Origin: a bacterium | Lineage (GTDB): Bacteria > SAR324 > XYD2-FULL-50-16 | Assembly (NCBI GenBank): GCA_029940215.1 | Contig: JAOZRE010000002.1 | Span: 1,433-65,432 of the forward strand | DNA: 64,000 nucleotides | Direction: 5' to 3' | Part shown: piece by piece, positions 48,593-58,197 of the stretch | Layout of the letters: every line of letters begins with the position of its first letter | How positions within the stretch are numbered: the first letter of the stretch is position 1 | The notes under the pieces: model-generated | What the model saw: the letters and a program-made list of their open reading frames with translations, nothing else | Databases searched by the model: none | What the model was told of the DNA's origin: nothing | Program-made: the position numbers and the translations under genes

Positions 48593-49735
48593 ATGGGAAT
48601 TTTAAATTATACCGTTGAACATCATGACTATAGAGACCGGGTCCGAAAATTTATGGAGCAGGAGATTAGACCTAATTCTGTCCAGTGGGAGAAGGATCAC
48701 ATTGTCCCCAAAGAAGCCTGGAGAAAGATGGGGGCTGCCGGATTTCTGTGTACCTGGGTTGACAAAGCGTATGGCGGACCGGGACTGGACTTCCTCTATT
48801 CCGTCATCACCGCAGAGGAGATGACAAGGACCGGACAGACCGGTCTGGTAGCCATGCTCCACAGCGATATTGTGGTACCGTACATCGATTCATTCGGATC
48901 CGATGAGATCAAGAATAAATACCTGCCCGGTTGTGTTTCCGGGGATTGTATCACCGCTGTTGCAATGACAGAGCCAGGGGCTGGCAGTGATGTGGCATCC
49001 ATTGAGATGACAGCCGAGGATGACGGGGATGGAATCGTGCTCAATGGGTCAAAAACATTTATTTCCAATGGTATAAACTGTGACATGGTCATTGTTGCCG
49101 CTAAAGACCCGGAAGAAACGAACAAACATGCTGCTGTATCCCTCTACATTGTTGATGACGGAACGCCTGGTTTTACAAGAGGTCGTCACCTGGAAAAAAT
49201 GGGGATGCACAGCCAGGATACCGCAGAACTTTTCTTTTCCAACTGCCGGATTCCAAAGGGAAACATCCTGGGTGAAAAGGGACAGGGATTCATGATGCTG
49301 ATGCAGAAGCTGCAGCAGGAGAGACTAATATCCGCCGTAGCCGCTGTTGCCGCCATGGAAATCCTGCTCGAACAGTGTATCGATTGGGCAAAAACAACGG
49401 AGGTAGACGGCAAGCCGCTGAGCAAAAAACAGGCAATTAAATTCACCCTGGCAGAGATGGCAACTGAGACTAAAATGAACCGGGCTCTCCTTGATGACGC
49501 TATTAATGGGCACATCGCCGGTGAAGATGTCATCGCTCAAACCATGATGACCAAGTATGCCAGTTCAGAAGCCGCCAACCTGATGGCGGATCGGGCACTT
49601 GACCTGTACGGTGAATATGGGATGATTGAAGAGCTCGATGCGGTTCGCGCTTTCAGGGACCTGCGTATTACGACTATATTTGCGGGGACCACTGAAATCA
49701 TGAAAACCATCATCGCACAATCCATGGGGCTTTAG
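48593..49735 (+). CDS. Acyl-CoA dehydrogenase (second, tandem).
   Basis: 380 aa with acyl-CoA dehydrogenase signatures (...AMTEPGAGSD...; C-terminal ...YGEYGMIEELDAVRAFRDLRITTIFAGTTEIM). Confidence 0.9.
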   Translation: MGILNYTVEHHDYRDRVRKFMEQEIRPNSVQWEKDHIVPKEAWRKMGAAGFLCTWVDKAYGGPGLDFLYSVITAEEMTRTGQTGLVAMLHSDIVVPYIDSFGSDEIKNKYLPGCVSGDCITAVAMTEPGAGSDVASIEMTAEDDGDGIVLNGSKTFISNGINCDMVIVAAKDPEETNKHAAVSLYIVDDGTPGFTRGRHLEKMGMHSQDTAELFFSNCRIPKGNILGEKGQGFMMLMQKLQQERLISAVAAVAAMEILLEQCIDWAKTTEVDGKPLSKKQAIKFTLAEMATETKMNRALLDDAINGHIAGEDVIAQTMMTKYASSEAANLMADRALDLYGEYGMIEELDAVRAFRDLRITTIFAGTTEIMKTIIAQSMGL

Positions 49736-49785
49736 CCCTCTGATGATTCCGGTGTCAACGCAGTATCAACCTTCAGGAGGTCGAC

Positions 49786-50118
49786 AATGACATCCAGCAG
49801 ATATGAACACCAGCCACTGGACGAGGAGGTCAGAACCACCGCCGGGCACCAGGTGACCACAGGCGAAGTCCGTCTGCCATTCCAGGACCGGGAGGTTCTG
49901 TATCTGACCGGGTACTCCGTCTTTGATTCCTCCTGATGCGGTACCGGCGGTTGCGGGTACGCCCTGGTCCAGGGCTATGTTAAAAACTGGAAAAACGGAA
50001 GGAGCAGCGGCGGGCTCGAGACAACCGAGTACGTACCGATCCGGGATGAATCGAAGAAAGCAGAGCTGCGCAAAATCATCGATCAGCGGGAAACCGTCCA
50101 GCAGATCAACTTTATGTG
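49786..50118 (+). CDS. Candidate small selenoprotein (110 aa if the in-frame TGA at 49933-49935 is read as Sec); otherwise a 49-aa ORF.
   Basis: ATG 49786 sits 6 nt after an AGGAGG RBS. The frame stays open through TGA 49933, followed directly by TGC (…FDSS-U-CGTGGCGYALVQGY…), for 60 more codons to TGA 50116. A hairpin GCCCUGG-UC-CAGGGC at 49960-49974 places a GU-containing apical loop about 33 nt after the UGA. selB begins at 63908 in this window. Confidence 0.4.
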
Positions 50119-50330
50119 ATTCAGCTAAAAAAAACGTAACCATACAAGCCCCTCCAACGAGGGTATTATGATACAAAACACGCATGGATCCGTCCCTGGA
50201 GCCGAGTGTTTCGTCAGAAACACGTCGGGAAAACCTCCTGTTTTCCAACATTTTGAATCAAAATACCCTCGACTCCGGAAATGTGATGAATAGTTTTAAA
50301 AAACCGACGATAAAGTAAAGGAGATAACTG

Positions 50331-51233
50331 ATGAACAGTGTCTGTGAGATTTTTGGTTGCAAGTATCCAATTATTCAGGGTGCCATGGGGGTTATCTGCA
50401 ATCCCGAATTTGTCGCAGCGGTATCAGAGGCTGGTGGGTTCGGAACCCTGGCATCTTCATTCGCATCCAGCGTCGATATTCTGGAGGAGCAGATCAAGGC
50501 AACCAGAAAGCTGACCAGCAAACCGTTCGGTGTCAACCTCCAGGTAATGAATCCTCTGACACCACAGTTTGTGGATTTGATCGTTGAAAACGGCATTAAG
50601 ACAGTTACGATTTCCGGTGGTTCGCCCAAGACACTGGTTCCGATACTAAAGTCCCACGGACTGAACACAGTCACAGTTGTGCCATCGGTTTCGGTTGCTG
50701 TTAAATCGGAAGTTCTGGGTGTAGATGCTGTTATCGCGGAAGGGTCTGAATCGGGCGGTATCCAGGGATTGACCGGCGCATCTACGATGGTGCTAGTCCC
50801 AGCTGTCGTGGACGCCGTCAGCATTCCGGTTATTGCCGCTGGCGGTATTGCTGATTCCAGGGGATACCGCGCAGCCCTGGCCCTTGGCGCAAGTGGCGTG
50901 CAGGTGGGAACCCGATTCATCGCATCCCGGGAATGCACCGCTCACAGCAATTATAAGGAGGCCATTGTTGCTCAATCAGAAATTGATACCAGGCTCGCGA
51001 ATCTGGGCCCCTTTCAGGTACGGGCGTTGAATACACCGCTGATCGACAAAATCAGGCAGGACCCATCCCTGATTGGGAAAGGATTTTCAGAAGAGGGTTT
51101 GGAAGCATCATGGGTAAAGGGAGACATGGAGGCTGGCCTGTTGCCGGCCGGTGAGAATATTGGGCTGATCCACAATATTCTCAGTGTCACCGAAATTATG
51201 AACGAAATGATCACAGGGGGAGAAAATGGGTAA
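50331..51233 (+). CDS. NPD (nitronate monooxygenase / FabK-like enoyl reductase) family flavoprotein.
   Basis: MNSVCEIFGCKYPIIQGAMG...TIM-barrel pattern...IAAGGIADSRG is typical of the NMO/FabK family. Confidence 0.8.
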   Translation: MNSVCEIFGCKYPIIQGAMGVICNPEFVAAVSEAGGFGTLASSFASSVDILEEQIKATRKLTSKPFGVNLQVMNPLTPQFVDLIVENGIKTVTISGGSPKTLVPILKSHGLNTVTVVPSVSVAVKSEVLGVDAVIAEGSESGGIQGLTGASTMVLVPAVVDAVSIPVIAAGGIADSRGYRAALALGASGVQVGTRFIASRECTAHSNYKEAIVAQSEIDTRLANLGPFQVRALNTPLIDKIRQDPSLIGKGFSEEGLEASWVKGDMEAGLLPAGENIGLIHNILSVTEIMNEMITGGENG

Positions 51234-52035
51234 TGAGAGCATTCGTGTTGAACAGATAGGGAATATCGCATACCTGTACCTGAACCGGCCTGAAAAGCAC
51301 AACGCCATGAAGATTTCATTTTTTAGTGAGATGGCCACACAGTTCAAAGTGTTTGACCGAGACCCGTCGGTGCATGCTATTGTCATCAAAGGCGAAGGGA
51401 AAAGCTTTACTGTAGGACTGGATCTGTTTGATGCTGGCCCTAACCTTCTTGGCAGTGATACCGGTGCAGCGGCCCGCGAACACTTGAGGGTTCATATACT
51501 GGATCTGCAAGAGGGTATGAACCAGATCGAAAAATGCCGTAAACCCGTCATTGCTGCCGGTCATGGAAACTGCATCGGTGGTGCCATTGATCTGATGAGT
51601 GCCTGCGATATTCGACTTGCCTGTAAAGACGCCATTTTCAGCATTCGTGAAACCAGGATAGCAATTGTTGCCGACGTGGGGACCCTCCAGCGCCTGCCTC
51701 ATATTATCGGACAGGGTTGGGCCCGCGAGTTGGCTCTGACCGGAAGGGATTTTACAGCTGCAGATGCACTGAATATGGGTTTTATTACCCATCTCTGTGA
51801 CACAAGAGAGGAACTCTACCGGAAAGCAGATGAAATTGCTGAGGAGATTGCAGCCAATGCAACACTGGCCGTCCAGGGCGTTAAGGATGTGATGAATTTC
51901 AGTCGCGATAATGGGGTGTACTCAGGCCTCGAATACGTCGCACAGAAAAACGCCGCAGCTGTTATGTCGGAAGATCTGGCCGAGGCGGTAACGGCATTTA
52001 TGGAAAAGCGGGCACCAACGTTCAAGGGGAATTAA
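51226..52035 (+). CDS. Enoyl-CoA hydratase/isomerase (crotonase family).
   Basis: 269 aa with the crotonase-fold oxyanion-hole region (...AAGHGNCIGGAIDLMSACDIR...). 8-nt overlap with the upstream gene. Confidence 0.85.
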   Translation: MGNESIRVEQIGNIAYLYLNRPEKHNAMKISFFSEMATQFKVFDRDPSVHAIVIKGEGKSFTVGLDLFDAGPNLLGSDTGAAAREHLRVHILDLQEGMNQIEKCRKPVIAAGHGNCIGGAIDLMSACDIRLACKDAIFSIRETRIAIVADVGTLQRLPHIIGQGWARELALTGRDFTAADALNMGFITHLCDTREELYRKADEIAEEIAANATLAVQGVKDVMNFSRDNGVYSGLEYVAQKNAAAVMSEDLAEAVTAFMEKRAPTFKGN

Positions 52036-52111
52036 CATAGCGGAGTAGAGTCGTTCCTGCTGTTGTAGCATGGAACAGCGTTCTGGAAGGGGTACTGAAA
52101 AATTTGTGTTC

Positions 52112-52504
52112 TTAAGCGGAGCGTTCCTTCAACAGCAATTCTATGGTATCCACAAAATGGGTTAAATCGTGCTGAGGCTTGTAGAAAACATGTTCGGGCT
52201 TAATGCCCACAGCCAGGAGCTCGACTGACAGACGATAATCCACTGAGCCGGTATGAATAAGAAAGCGGATCCCCGGGACGAGTTGGTCAACCTCCTGAAT
52301 AAACGCATCCCCGTTCATTCCGGGAAGTCGCAAGTCGACTATGGCGATATCATACGGGTCCTTTCGCAGCAGGTTCATTGCCTGCTCGGCGCTGTCAGCT
52401 GAAGAGACGCTATAGTCACCATCCTCCAGAAAACCTGCCAGGCTTTCCCTGATAAAGGGCTCATCATCGATTATCAGTACTTTTACGTCTGAACGGTCTG
52501 CCAT
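52112..52504 (-). CDS. Stand-alone response-regulator receiver domain (CheY-like).
   Basis: 130 aa (VKVLIIDDEPFIRESL...DIAIVDLRLPGMNG...). Confidence 0.8.
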   Translation of the reverse strand: MADRSDVKVLIIDDEPFIRESLAGFLEDGDYSVSSADSAEQAMNLLRKDPYDIAIVDLRLPGMNGDAFIQEVDQLVPGIRFLIHTGSVDYRLSVELLAVGIKPEHVFYKPQHDLTHFVDTIELLLKERSA

Positions 52505-52904
52505 TTTCCTTCGTGTCTGATAGTCAGTCTATTTGATAGAAGCTTGCCGGTTTACATCTCGAGTTGTTTTTCTTCAACCGTCATAGAAAAAATATTATGA
52601 AACGATATCCTGAATCCAAAATAACCCTCCAATGTTACTTCGATGAATATCACAGCTCAGGAGAAACATCAAACTTTTTAGACCTGAAATAAAAGTCCTC
52701 TTAAACTTTTCCCTCTAATATAGCCTTTATATTCAACCGATTATCATATTTTACACCGAGTACAAAATCCAGGATGAATTGCCCAATTCCACCTGAAAAT
52801 GTTACGCTCAGGACCGGATTATAAACCCTTTTTTCAGGGGTTGTGATAGCACCCGGCAGCCCTGAAATCGCCTTACGAAAACCGGTTGGACTCAACAGGA
52901 AAGC

Positions 52905-53852
52905 ATGAATCGTTTCTGTTATGACATTTTCAAATCAAGCCTTGCCGAAGGCCTGATCCAGCCTCACGATAAGATCATCATCAGTCTCAGTGGTGGAATC
53001 GACTCAATGAGCCTCTCCTGCCTGCTATCCGATTTCAGGGAGAAAATCGAACTGGACCTTCACTGGGTTCACTTTAACCACGGTTTGAGACCTGAAAGTG
53101 TAGGGGAGGCCCTGTTTATCAGTGAACTGTCACATCAAAAGGGAATCCCGGTTACAATTGTCAAGACCGATCGGCTTAGCGGACACAAAGGGATGCAGAA
53201 CCAGGCACGTGACTGGCGCTACGAAAATCTTGAGCGAACCAGGCAGGAGCTTGGGTTTGACAAGATCGCCCTGGGGCATCATTTGAATGATCTGGTTGAG
53301 ACCCAGATCTGGCGTTTAGTGCGGGGAGGATCACTTTTTTCTTTCAATCCCATTCTCAAAAAAAACCTTCCTTATATCCGCCCCCTCCTGCATATTCCCA
53401 AGCTGGAGCTTGAATCATATCTAAAAGAAATTGGGCAGGCGTGGTGTGAGGATGCCTCCAACACAGAAAATGACTATACGCGCAATCTGATCCGTAACCA
53501 GTTGATACCCATCATGCAGACATGCGCCGGCGGAAAACTGGAAGAAAAATTACTGGCACTTGACCATGATGCTCGACTACTGAAAGCACTCTTCCAGGAA
53601 AGTGTACCATCAGAACAGTTTGAATGTGACAGGCTGGCATACAGTGACATTAATGCTTACCCCCCACTTCTGGCCTGCGAATTGATCCATCGCTACCTGC
53701 TCCACAATGGACAGACTGAAATCAATCGGAACAATATCGAACTGATCCTCAAACAGGTGCAGTCCAATAGGGGAAACTGGTCAATCAACCTGAAAGATGG
53801 TGTACAGATTTCGGGGCGACATAAAACAATCACCATCGGTAAATCATCTTGA
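52905..53852 (+). CDS. tilS: tRNA(Ile)-lysidine synthetase.
   Basis: PP-loop (IIISLSGGIDSMSL) and TilS-like body (...GHHLNDLVETQIWRLVRGG...). Confidence 0.8.
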   Translation: MNRFCYDIFKSSLAEGLIQPHDKIIISLSGGIDSMSLSCLLSDFREKIELDLHWVHFNHGLRPESVGEALFISELSHQKGIPVTIVKTDRLSGHKGMQNQARDWRYENLERTRQELGFDKIALGHHLNDLVETQIWRLVRGGSLFSFNPILKKNLPYIRPLLHIPKLELESYLKEIGQAWCEDASNTENDYTRNLIRNQLIPIMQTCAGGKLEEKLLALDHDARLLKALFQESVPSEQFECDRLAYSDINAYPPLLACELIHRYLLHNGQTEINRNNIELILKQVQSNRGNWSINLKDGVQISGRHKTITIGKSS

Positions 53853-55024
53853 ATAACAGTTACAAGCAGCGGAAATGTCCGCCCGGTTTGAACAGCACCT
53901 ATTTCCTGCTACTGATATTGATTCTGGTATCAAGCACAACATTCCCACTGCAGGCTGCTTATCAGAACCCCATCTTGAATGTCTTACTGGTTGATTCCTC
54001 CGCCGGTCTGTTCATCTCAAATCCAAAGGGACTGACACTCAGCAGAAACGGAACTGTCATCGGCTCGGCTGAACAGGTTATGATCACTCCTGATAGTCCA
54101 CATCGCCTGCTGATCAACAAGAAACTGAAAAACAAAGGGGTGATTACCATCACCACCACAGGTGAAACCAGCGTACTGAACCTGGACTCCCACCTGAAGA
54201 GGCGGTACCTGGGCACATTCACGATCAAACCTTTCAAAGGAGGATTGCACCTGATTAACCATATCCCAACCGAATCCTACCTGGAAGGGGTCCTGAACGC
54301 TGAAATCAGTACACGCTGGCATATGGAGGTTGTTAAGGCCCAGGCGGTCATCTCAAGAACCTTCGCTCTCTTCAAGCGACAGAAACAATCCCAGCAACCC
54401 TGGCACCTATCAGCTGATCACTTCGATCAGGTATACAAGGGCACCGATATCGCTGATGAGAGGGGGAAATCAGCCATCCTCGCAACCACCGGCATTGTCG
54501 TTGGATTCCGGGGGCAACTGGCACAGACATTCTATCATTCAAACTGTGGCGGTATGACCGCTGATCCTGGTAATGTCTGGCAATATAAACTGCCCTACCT
54601 GAAAATCAGGGAGGTCCCCTTTGGCAATAAGGATCCGCGATACCACTGGCAGGCAACCATCAAAAACCGGGAAATGGTGAGAATTTTCAAAAGTGCAGGG
54701 ATCCCGATCAACCATGTCGGTACGCTTGCCATCAGCAAACGGACCCGGTCAAACCGGGTCCATGAGTTGACCATCACAGGCTCGACAAGCCACACCCTCT
54801 CAGGAAATGGATTCAGGAAAGCCGCAGGATACAAGCGTATTCAAAGCCTACTCTTTAACATCAATCGGATTCCTGAAGGATTCCAGTTCCGGGGTACCGG
54901 AAACGGACACGGAGTTGGACTCAGCCAATGGTCAGCCAAGGAGATGGCGGAGGAGGGATATAAATACCATGAAATTCTCTATTATTTCTACGAAGGTATT
55001 GAGCTGATGAGGCATCAGGAGTAG
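53849..55024 (+). CDS. SpoIID/LytB-domain protein (amidase enhancer family).
   Basis: 391 aa with a signal peptide. SpoIID-domain hallmarks (...YLEGVLNAEIS..W..E..KAQAVISRTFAL...FYHSNCGGMTADPGNVW...GHGVGLSQW...). Confidence 0.8.
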   Translation: MNNSYKQRKCPPGLNSTYFLLLILILVSSTTFPLQAAYQNPILNVLLVDSSAGLFISNPKGLTLSRNGTVIGSAEQVMITPDSPHRLLINKKLKNKGVITITTTGETSVLNLDSHLKRRYLGTFTIKPFKGGLHLINHIPTESYLEGVLNAEISTRWHMEVVKAQAVISRTFALFKRQKQSQQPWHLSADHFDQVYKGTDIADERGKSAILATTGIVVGFRGQLAQTFYHSNCGGMTADPGNVWQYKLPYLKIREVPFGNKDPRYHWQATIKNREMVRIFKSAGIPINHVGTLAISKRTRSNRVHELTITGSTSHTLSGNGFRKAAGYKRIQSLLFNINRIPEGFQFRGTGNGHGVGLSQWSAKEMAEEGYKYHEILYYFYEGIELMRHQE

Positions 55025-55042
55025 AACGCGACGAATCCCCTA

Positions 55043-55717
55043 TCACATACTGCGACTCAGCGTCAGTACATGCACTTCAGCCACACCGGCTTTTTTAAGG
55101 CTACTACACACCTCCCCCAGCGTCTGTCCTGTCGTACAGACGTCATCAAAAACCAGCAGTTTTTTCGATTCAACCACCGTTTTCACAGCGAAGGATCCCT
55201 GCACGTTCTCCCTGCGCGCTTTACCCGTCAAGCCGGCCTGCTGAGGTGTAAACCGGCTTTTCTTCAACCAGCCGGTTTTCAGTGGCAGCACTCGTTGGGC
55301 TTTTAAAAGGAAGGCCGTCTGGTTAAACCCACGCTGCCTAAGCCGCAGCGAATGAATCGGAACCGGCAACACAGCATCCAGACCACTGACACGGCTTGCA
55401 TGCTCTTTAAACCATCTGGTGACGAACTCACGCAGGAGTCTGCCAGCGAATAAGCCGCTGGAATACTTATGGTTAACAATCCAGTGGTGAACAGGATCCC
55501 GGTAGTAAAATATTGACTGGAAGGAGTCAATCGATTTTGCCCAGGACTCCCGGCAATCATCTGTTCTGTGCTTCAAACCACATTTGTTGCAAATAGGGGT
55601 ATCGATAACCGGCAGTTGGTCAAGACAGCTGGAACAAAGAAGAGCTGTTGGAAAACGAAGGGGTTTGGAGATAAATCGACGGCAGTGAAAACACCATGAA
55701 GGCAGAAGATATATCAT
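55043..55717 (-). CDS. ComF-family phosphoribosyltransferase-domain protein.
   Basis: N-terminal double zinc ribbon (C..C...C..C) and a C-terminal PRTase motif (LLVFDDVCTTGQTL). Confidence 0.75.
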   Translation of the reverse strand: MIYLLPSWCFHCRRFISKPLRFPTALLCSSCLDQLPVIDTPICNKCGLKHRTDDCRESWAKSIDSFQSIFYYRDPVHHWIVNHKYSSGLFAGRLLREFVTRWFKEHASRVSGLDAVLPVPIHSLRLRQRGFNQTAFLLKAQRVLPLKTGWLKKSRFTPQQAGLTGKARRENVQGSFAVKTVVESKKLLVFDDVCTTGQTLGEVCSSLKKAGVAEVHVLTLSRSM

Positions 55718-55834
55718 ATGCCCCCGGTGGTCAGAAAGAACCGGCGGCTATAAAAGCTGACCAGTCCTGATCTGAAGTCGGCAACTGTTTCCTCAAAGCG
55801 GAGAATAGTACCAGAAGATTTTGTGGGAAAATGC

Positions 55835-56044
55835 TTAGAGGACAGCCCGTGCGCGAGCCTGTGCCCGTTTCCTGTCCTTATGTCTTGTTTTTTCAGCATC
55901 TTCACGCTTCATCCTGTCCTTGATACTCGGCTTGAAGTAGTATCTACGCTTTTTCAGTTCCTTGAAAACACCTTCCCTGATTAACATTCGCTTCAGTTCC
56001 CTCATCGATCGTTCTATCTGATTGTTAATCACTTTTACTTCCAT
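55835..56044 (-). CDS. rpsU: 30S ribosomal protein S21.
   Basis: 69 aa. MEVKVINNQIERSMRELKRML...YFKPSIKDRMKRE...KRAQARARA is a canonical S21. Confidence 0.85.
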   Translation of the reverse strand: MEVKVINNQIERSMRELKRMLIREGVFKELKKRRYYFKPSIKDRMKREDAEKTRHKDRKRAQARARAVL

Positions 56045-56245
56045 ATCGTCCTATTCTTTTTGTTTGTTTAAGGTTGAAATTGCGCCTCTTTTTCGAGCTA
56101 ATTTTTCATTTGATCATTATTCAGAGAAACAGTCAATAATATTCTTAATAGTTCTTTAATTTCAAAGGCTAATATATCACAGCATATACTATCTACCAAC
56201 CGGCTCACAGTTGCGAAGGTCAACTGAACGGGTAAATAGGTTCCC

Positions 56246-57004
56246 CTAGGTAGCCAGAGCCTGTGCTTCAATAATTTTCGGGTAAATCAAGTCCAGTGCT
56301 CTTTTATAATGAGTTGGATCATCGATTTCGGTCCAGATCACATCTTCTACCTTCAGATAGCGAATCGGCATCCGCTCTGACAGAGCTGAGAAACAGTCCT
56401 CATAGTGAAAATTGGATGGAAAACGAATCTCCCGGTTATAGAACTCACACATTTTCTCGTACAGGTCTGTTGAAATTTTTGAAATCCCCACCAGTTCCCC
56501 CTGACTGATAAAATCCGGATGTTTCTCTTTGGCGATATATTTGATCAGGCCGTCTTCTCCATGGACGTAAACTTCGTCACCGGAGTGGGTCGCTCCGGAA
56601 ATCAGAACAGCCTCATCACCTGGATCTTCGAGCAGGGATGAGATGCAGCGATCTTCATACAGCAAGTCTGATTCCAGAAGGAGGAAATCCGACCGGAGCT
56701 GTTCCCGGGCAAGAAGCAGCGAATGCATGCTGCCAGTTTCCGCATAATCCGGGTTCTGAACATATTTAATATCGGGGAAAGCCTCTTTCAGTGTCTCAAT
56801 ATACTTCTCCCTCATATAACCAAGCACCATTGTGATATCGGTGATACCGTGATTTATCAGGCATTCGAGCGAACGCCAGACCAGTTCTTTTCCGTCGATG
56901 GCCAGCAATCCCTTCGGCTTGTCATCGATTATTTCCCGCAACCGCTGCCCCATGCCTGCAGCGAGAATGACAGCGGATGTTATCTTTTTTCCTTTTTCAG
57001 TCAT
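56246..57004 (-). CDS. Nucleotidyltransferase (LicC/PntC-like sugar- or phosphonate-phosphate cytidylyltransferase).
   Basis: NTP-transferase G-loop (AVILAAGMGQRLR...KPKGLL). Lies immediately downstream of ppd in the phosphonate cluster. Confidence 0.65.
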   Translation of the reverse strand: MTEKGKKITSAVILAAGMGQRLREIIDDKPKGLLAIDGKELVWRSLECLINHGITDITMVLGYMREKYIETLKEAFPDIKYVQNPDYAETGSMHSLLLAREQLRSDFLLLESDLLYEDRCISSLLEDPGDEAVLISGATHSGDEVYVHGEDGLIKYIAKEKHPDFISQGELVGISKISTDLYEKMCEFYNREIRFPSNFHYEDCFSALSERMPIRYLKVEDVIWTEIDDPTHYKRALDLIYPKIIEAQALAT

Positions 57005-57034
57005 AAGTTGTTCATTGTGATGGCAATCCCTGCC

Positions 57035-58195
57035 TTACTTTGTGGTCAGGTGGTTCATCAGCCTTGTTTTTACCTCGAAAGGCTTGATTTTAGGCCTCCC
57101 CAGTCCATCAGGGGAGCCCTTTTGAATACGAAAATGGATCAGGGCCGGTCCACTGTCAACCGCAAGATTTTCAAGGATGGTGTCCAGGTCGTCTTCGCTG
57201 TCGGCTGAAAACACTTGTCGATAACCACAGGCCAGCGCCACAGCAGAAAAGGACACGTTCGGGCTGACTGTTGTCTGTCCACCGGTGGAGTCGTTAATCT
57301 CATTATCGAGGATAATGTGCAGAAAATTTGCAGGTTGAAAATATCCAGCTGATGCCAGGTTTCCCAATCGCATCAGTGCCGCTGCGTCCCCATCGATCAC
57401 CACCCACCGTTTTCCGGGACAGCAGATTGCCGCACCGAGGCTGAAAGATGAGGCACATCCCATGGACCCAACCATGTACAGTTGATCCGGTGTGTCCGCC
57501 AGCGTATACAGTTCTCTCCCGGTTTTGCCTGTTGTCGCCACCAGAATATCATCCGGTTGTTTGAATTTCAGGATGGACCTTAACGCCTCTGTCCGGGTCA
57601 GGCGGTCATTGTATGGTTTACCGATAGTTTCAGTATAGTTAAAGGATCGGTCGCCTGTCGGCAACTCCGGACTACGGGTCTTCAAATCCTGCGGTTCAAT
57701 AGTGCCCTTGCGAAGCACAAAGGCATATGGAAGCTCAGTCTCTGTCATGTGATCCAGTGCCCTTTGGAATGCCCCATCCAGCTTATCTAAATCATCCGGG
57801 AAATGTTCCCACCTGATTGTCAACGTATCCAGCATCTCCTCGGTCACCTTCCCCATCAGTTCATGCTGTGGCTCATCTGCCGGTCCCCCCGGCTGCCCCC
57901 GGTGGGTCACAATCATGATAAACGGAAAGCGAAAGGGAAACGAGAGTGAGGTCAGTGGATTAACAGCATTGCCCAAACCGGAATTCTGGAACATCACTAC
58001 CCCTTGCCGTCCGGTCAGGTAAGCCCCACATATCATCCCAACTGCATCCCCTTCATTGGTGGCGGGAAGGTATTGAATATCAGGGCTATCGATCACGGCA
58101 TTGATCAGCGGTTTCAGGTAGGAGCAGGGCGTTCCGGAAAACAGGTCCACCCGGTGTTGTTTGCACAGCTGCAGAAAGTCGTCAGCTTTAATCAT
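57035..58195 (-). CDS. ppd: Phosphonopyruvate decarboxylase (thiamine-diphosphate-dependent).
   Basis: 386 aa, both TPP-binding halves in one polypeptide (...GTPCSYLKPLI...ATNEGDAVGM...; ...GDAAALMRLGNLAS...). Start overlaps the pepM stop. Confidence 0.85.
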   Translation of the reverse strand: MIKADDFLQLCKQHRVDLFSGTPCSYLKPLINAVIDSPDIQYLPATNEGDAVGMICGAYLTGRQGVVMFQNSGLGNAVNPLTSLSFPFRFPFIMIVTHRGQPGGPADEPQHELMGKVTEEMLDTLTIRWEHFPDDLDKLDGAFQRALDHMTETELPYAFVLRKGTIEPQDLKTRSPELPTGDRSFNYTETIGKPYNDRLTRTEALRSILKFKQPDDILVATTGKTGRELYTLADTPDQLYMVGSMGCASSFSLGAAICCPGKRWVVIDGDAAALMRLGNLASAGYFQPANFLHIILDNEINDSTGGQTTVSPNVSFSAVALACGYRQVFSADSEDDLDTILENLAVDSGPALIHFRIQKGSPDGLGRPKIKPFEVKTRLMNHLTTK

Positions 58196-58197
58196 GT

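Noticed and set aside
49766-50251. 161-aa minus-strand ORF spanning the gap between the second acyl-CoA dehydrogenase and the NPD gene.
   Set aside because: It has no RBS or recognisable domain and an Ala/Gly/Pro-rich translation typical of antisense to a real gene. The plus-strand ORF 49786-50118 has a strong RBS and protein-like composition, so I preferred it.
52597-52692. 31-codon plus-strand ORF (MKRYPESKITLQCYFDEYHSSGETSNFLDLK) in the AT-rich gap before tilS.
   Set aside because: Too short, with no RBS or homology evidence visible. Probably intergenic.
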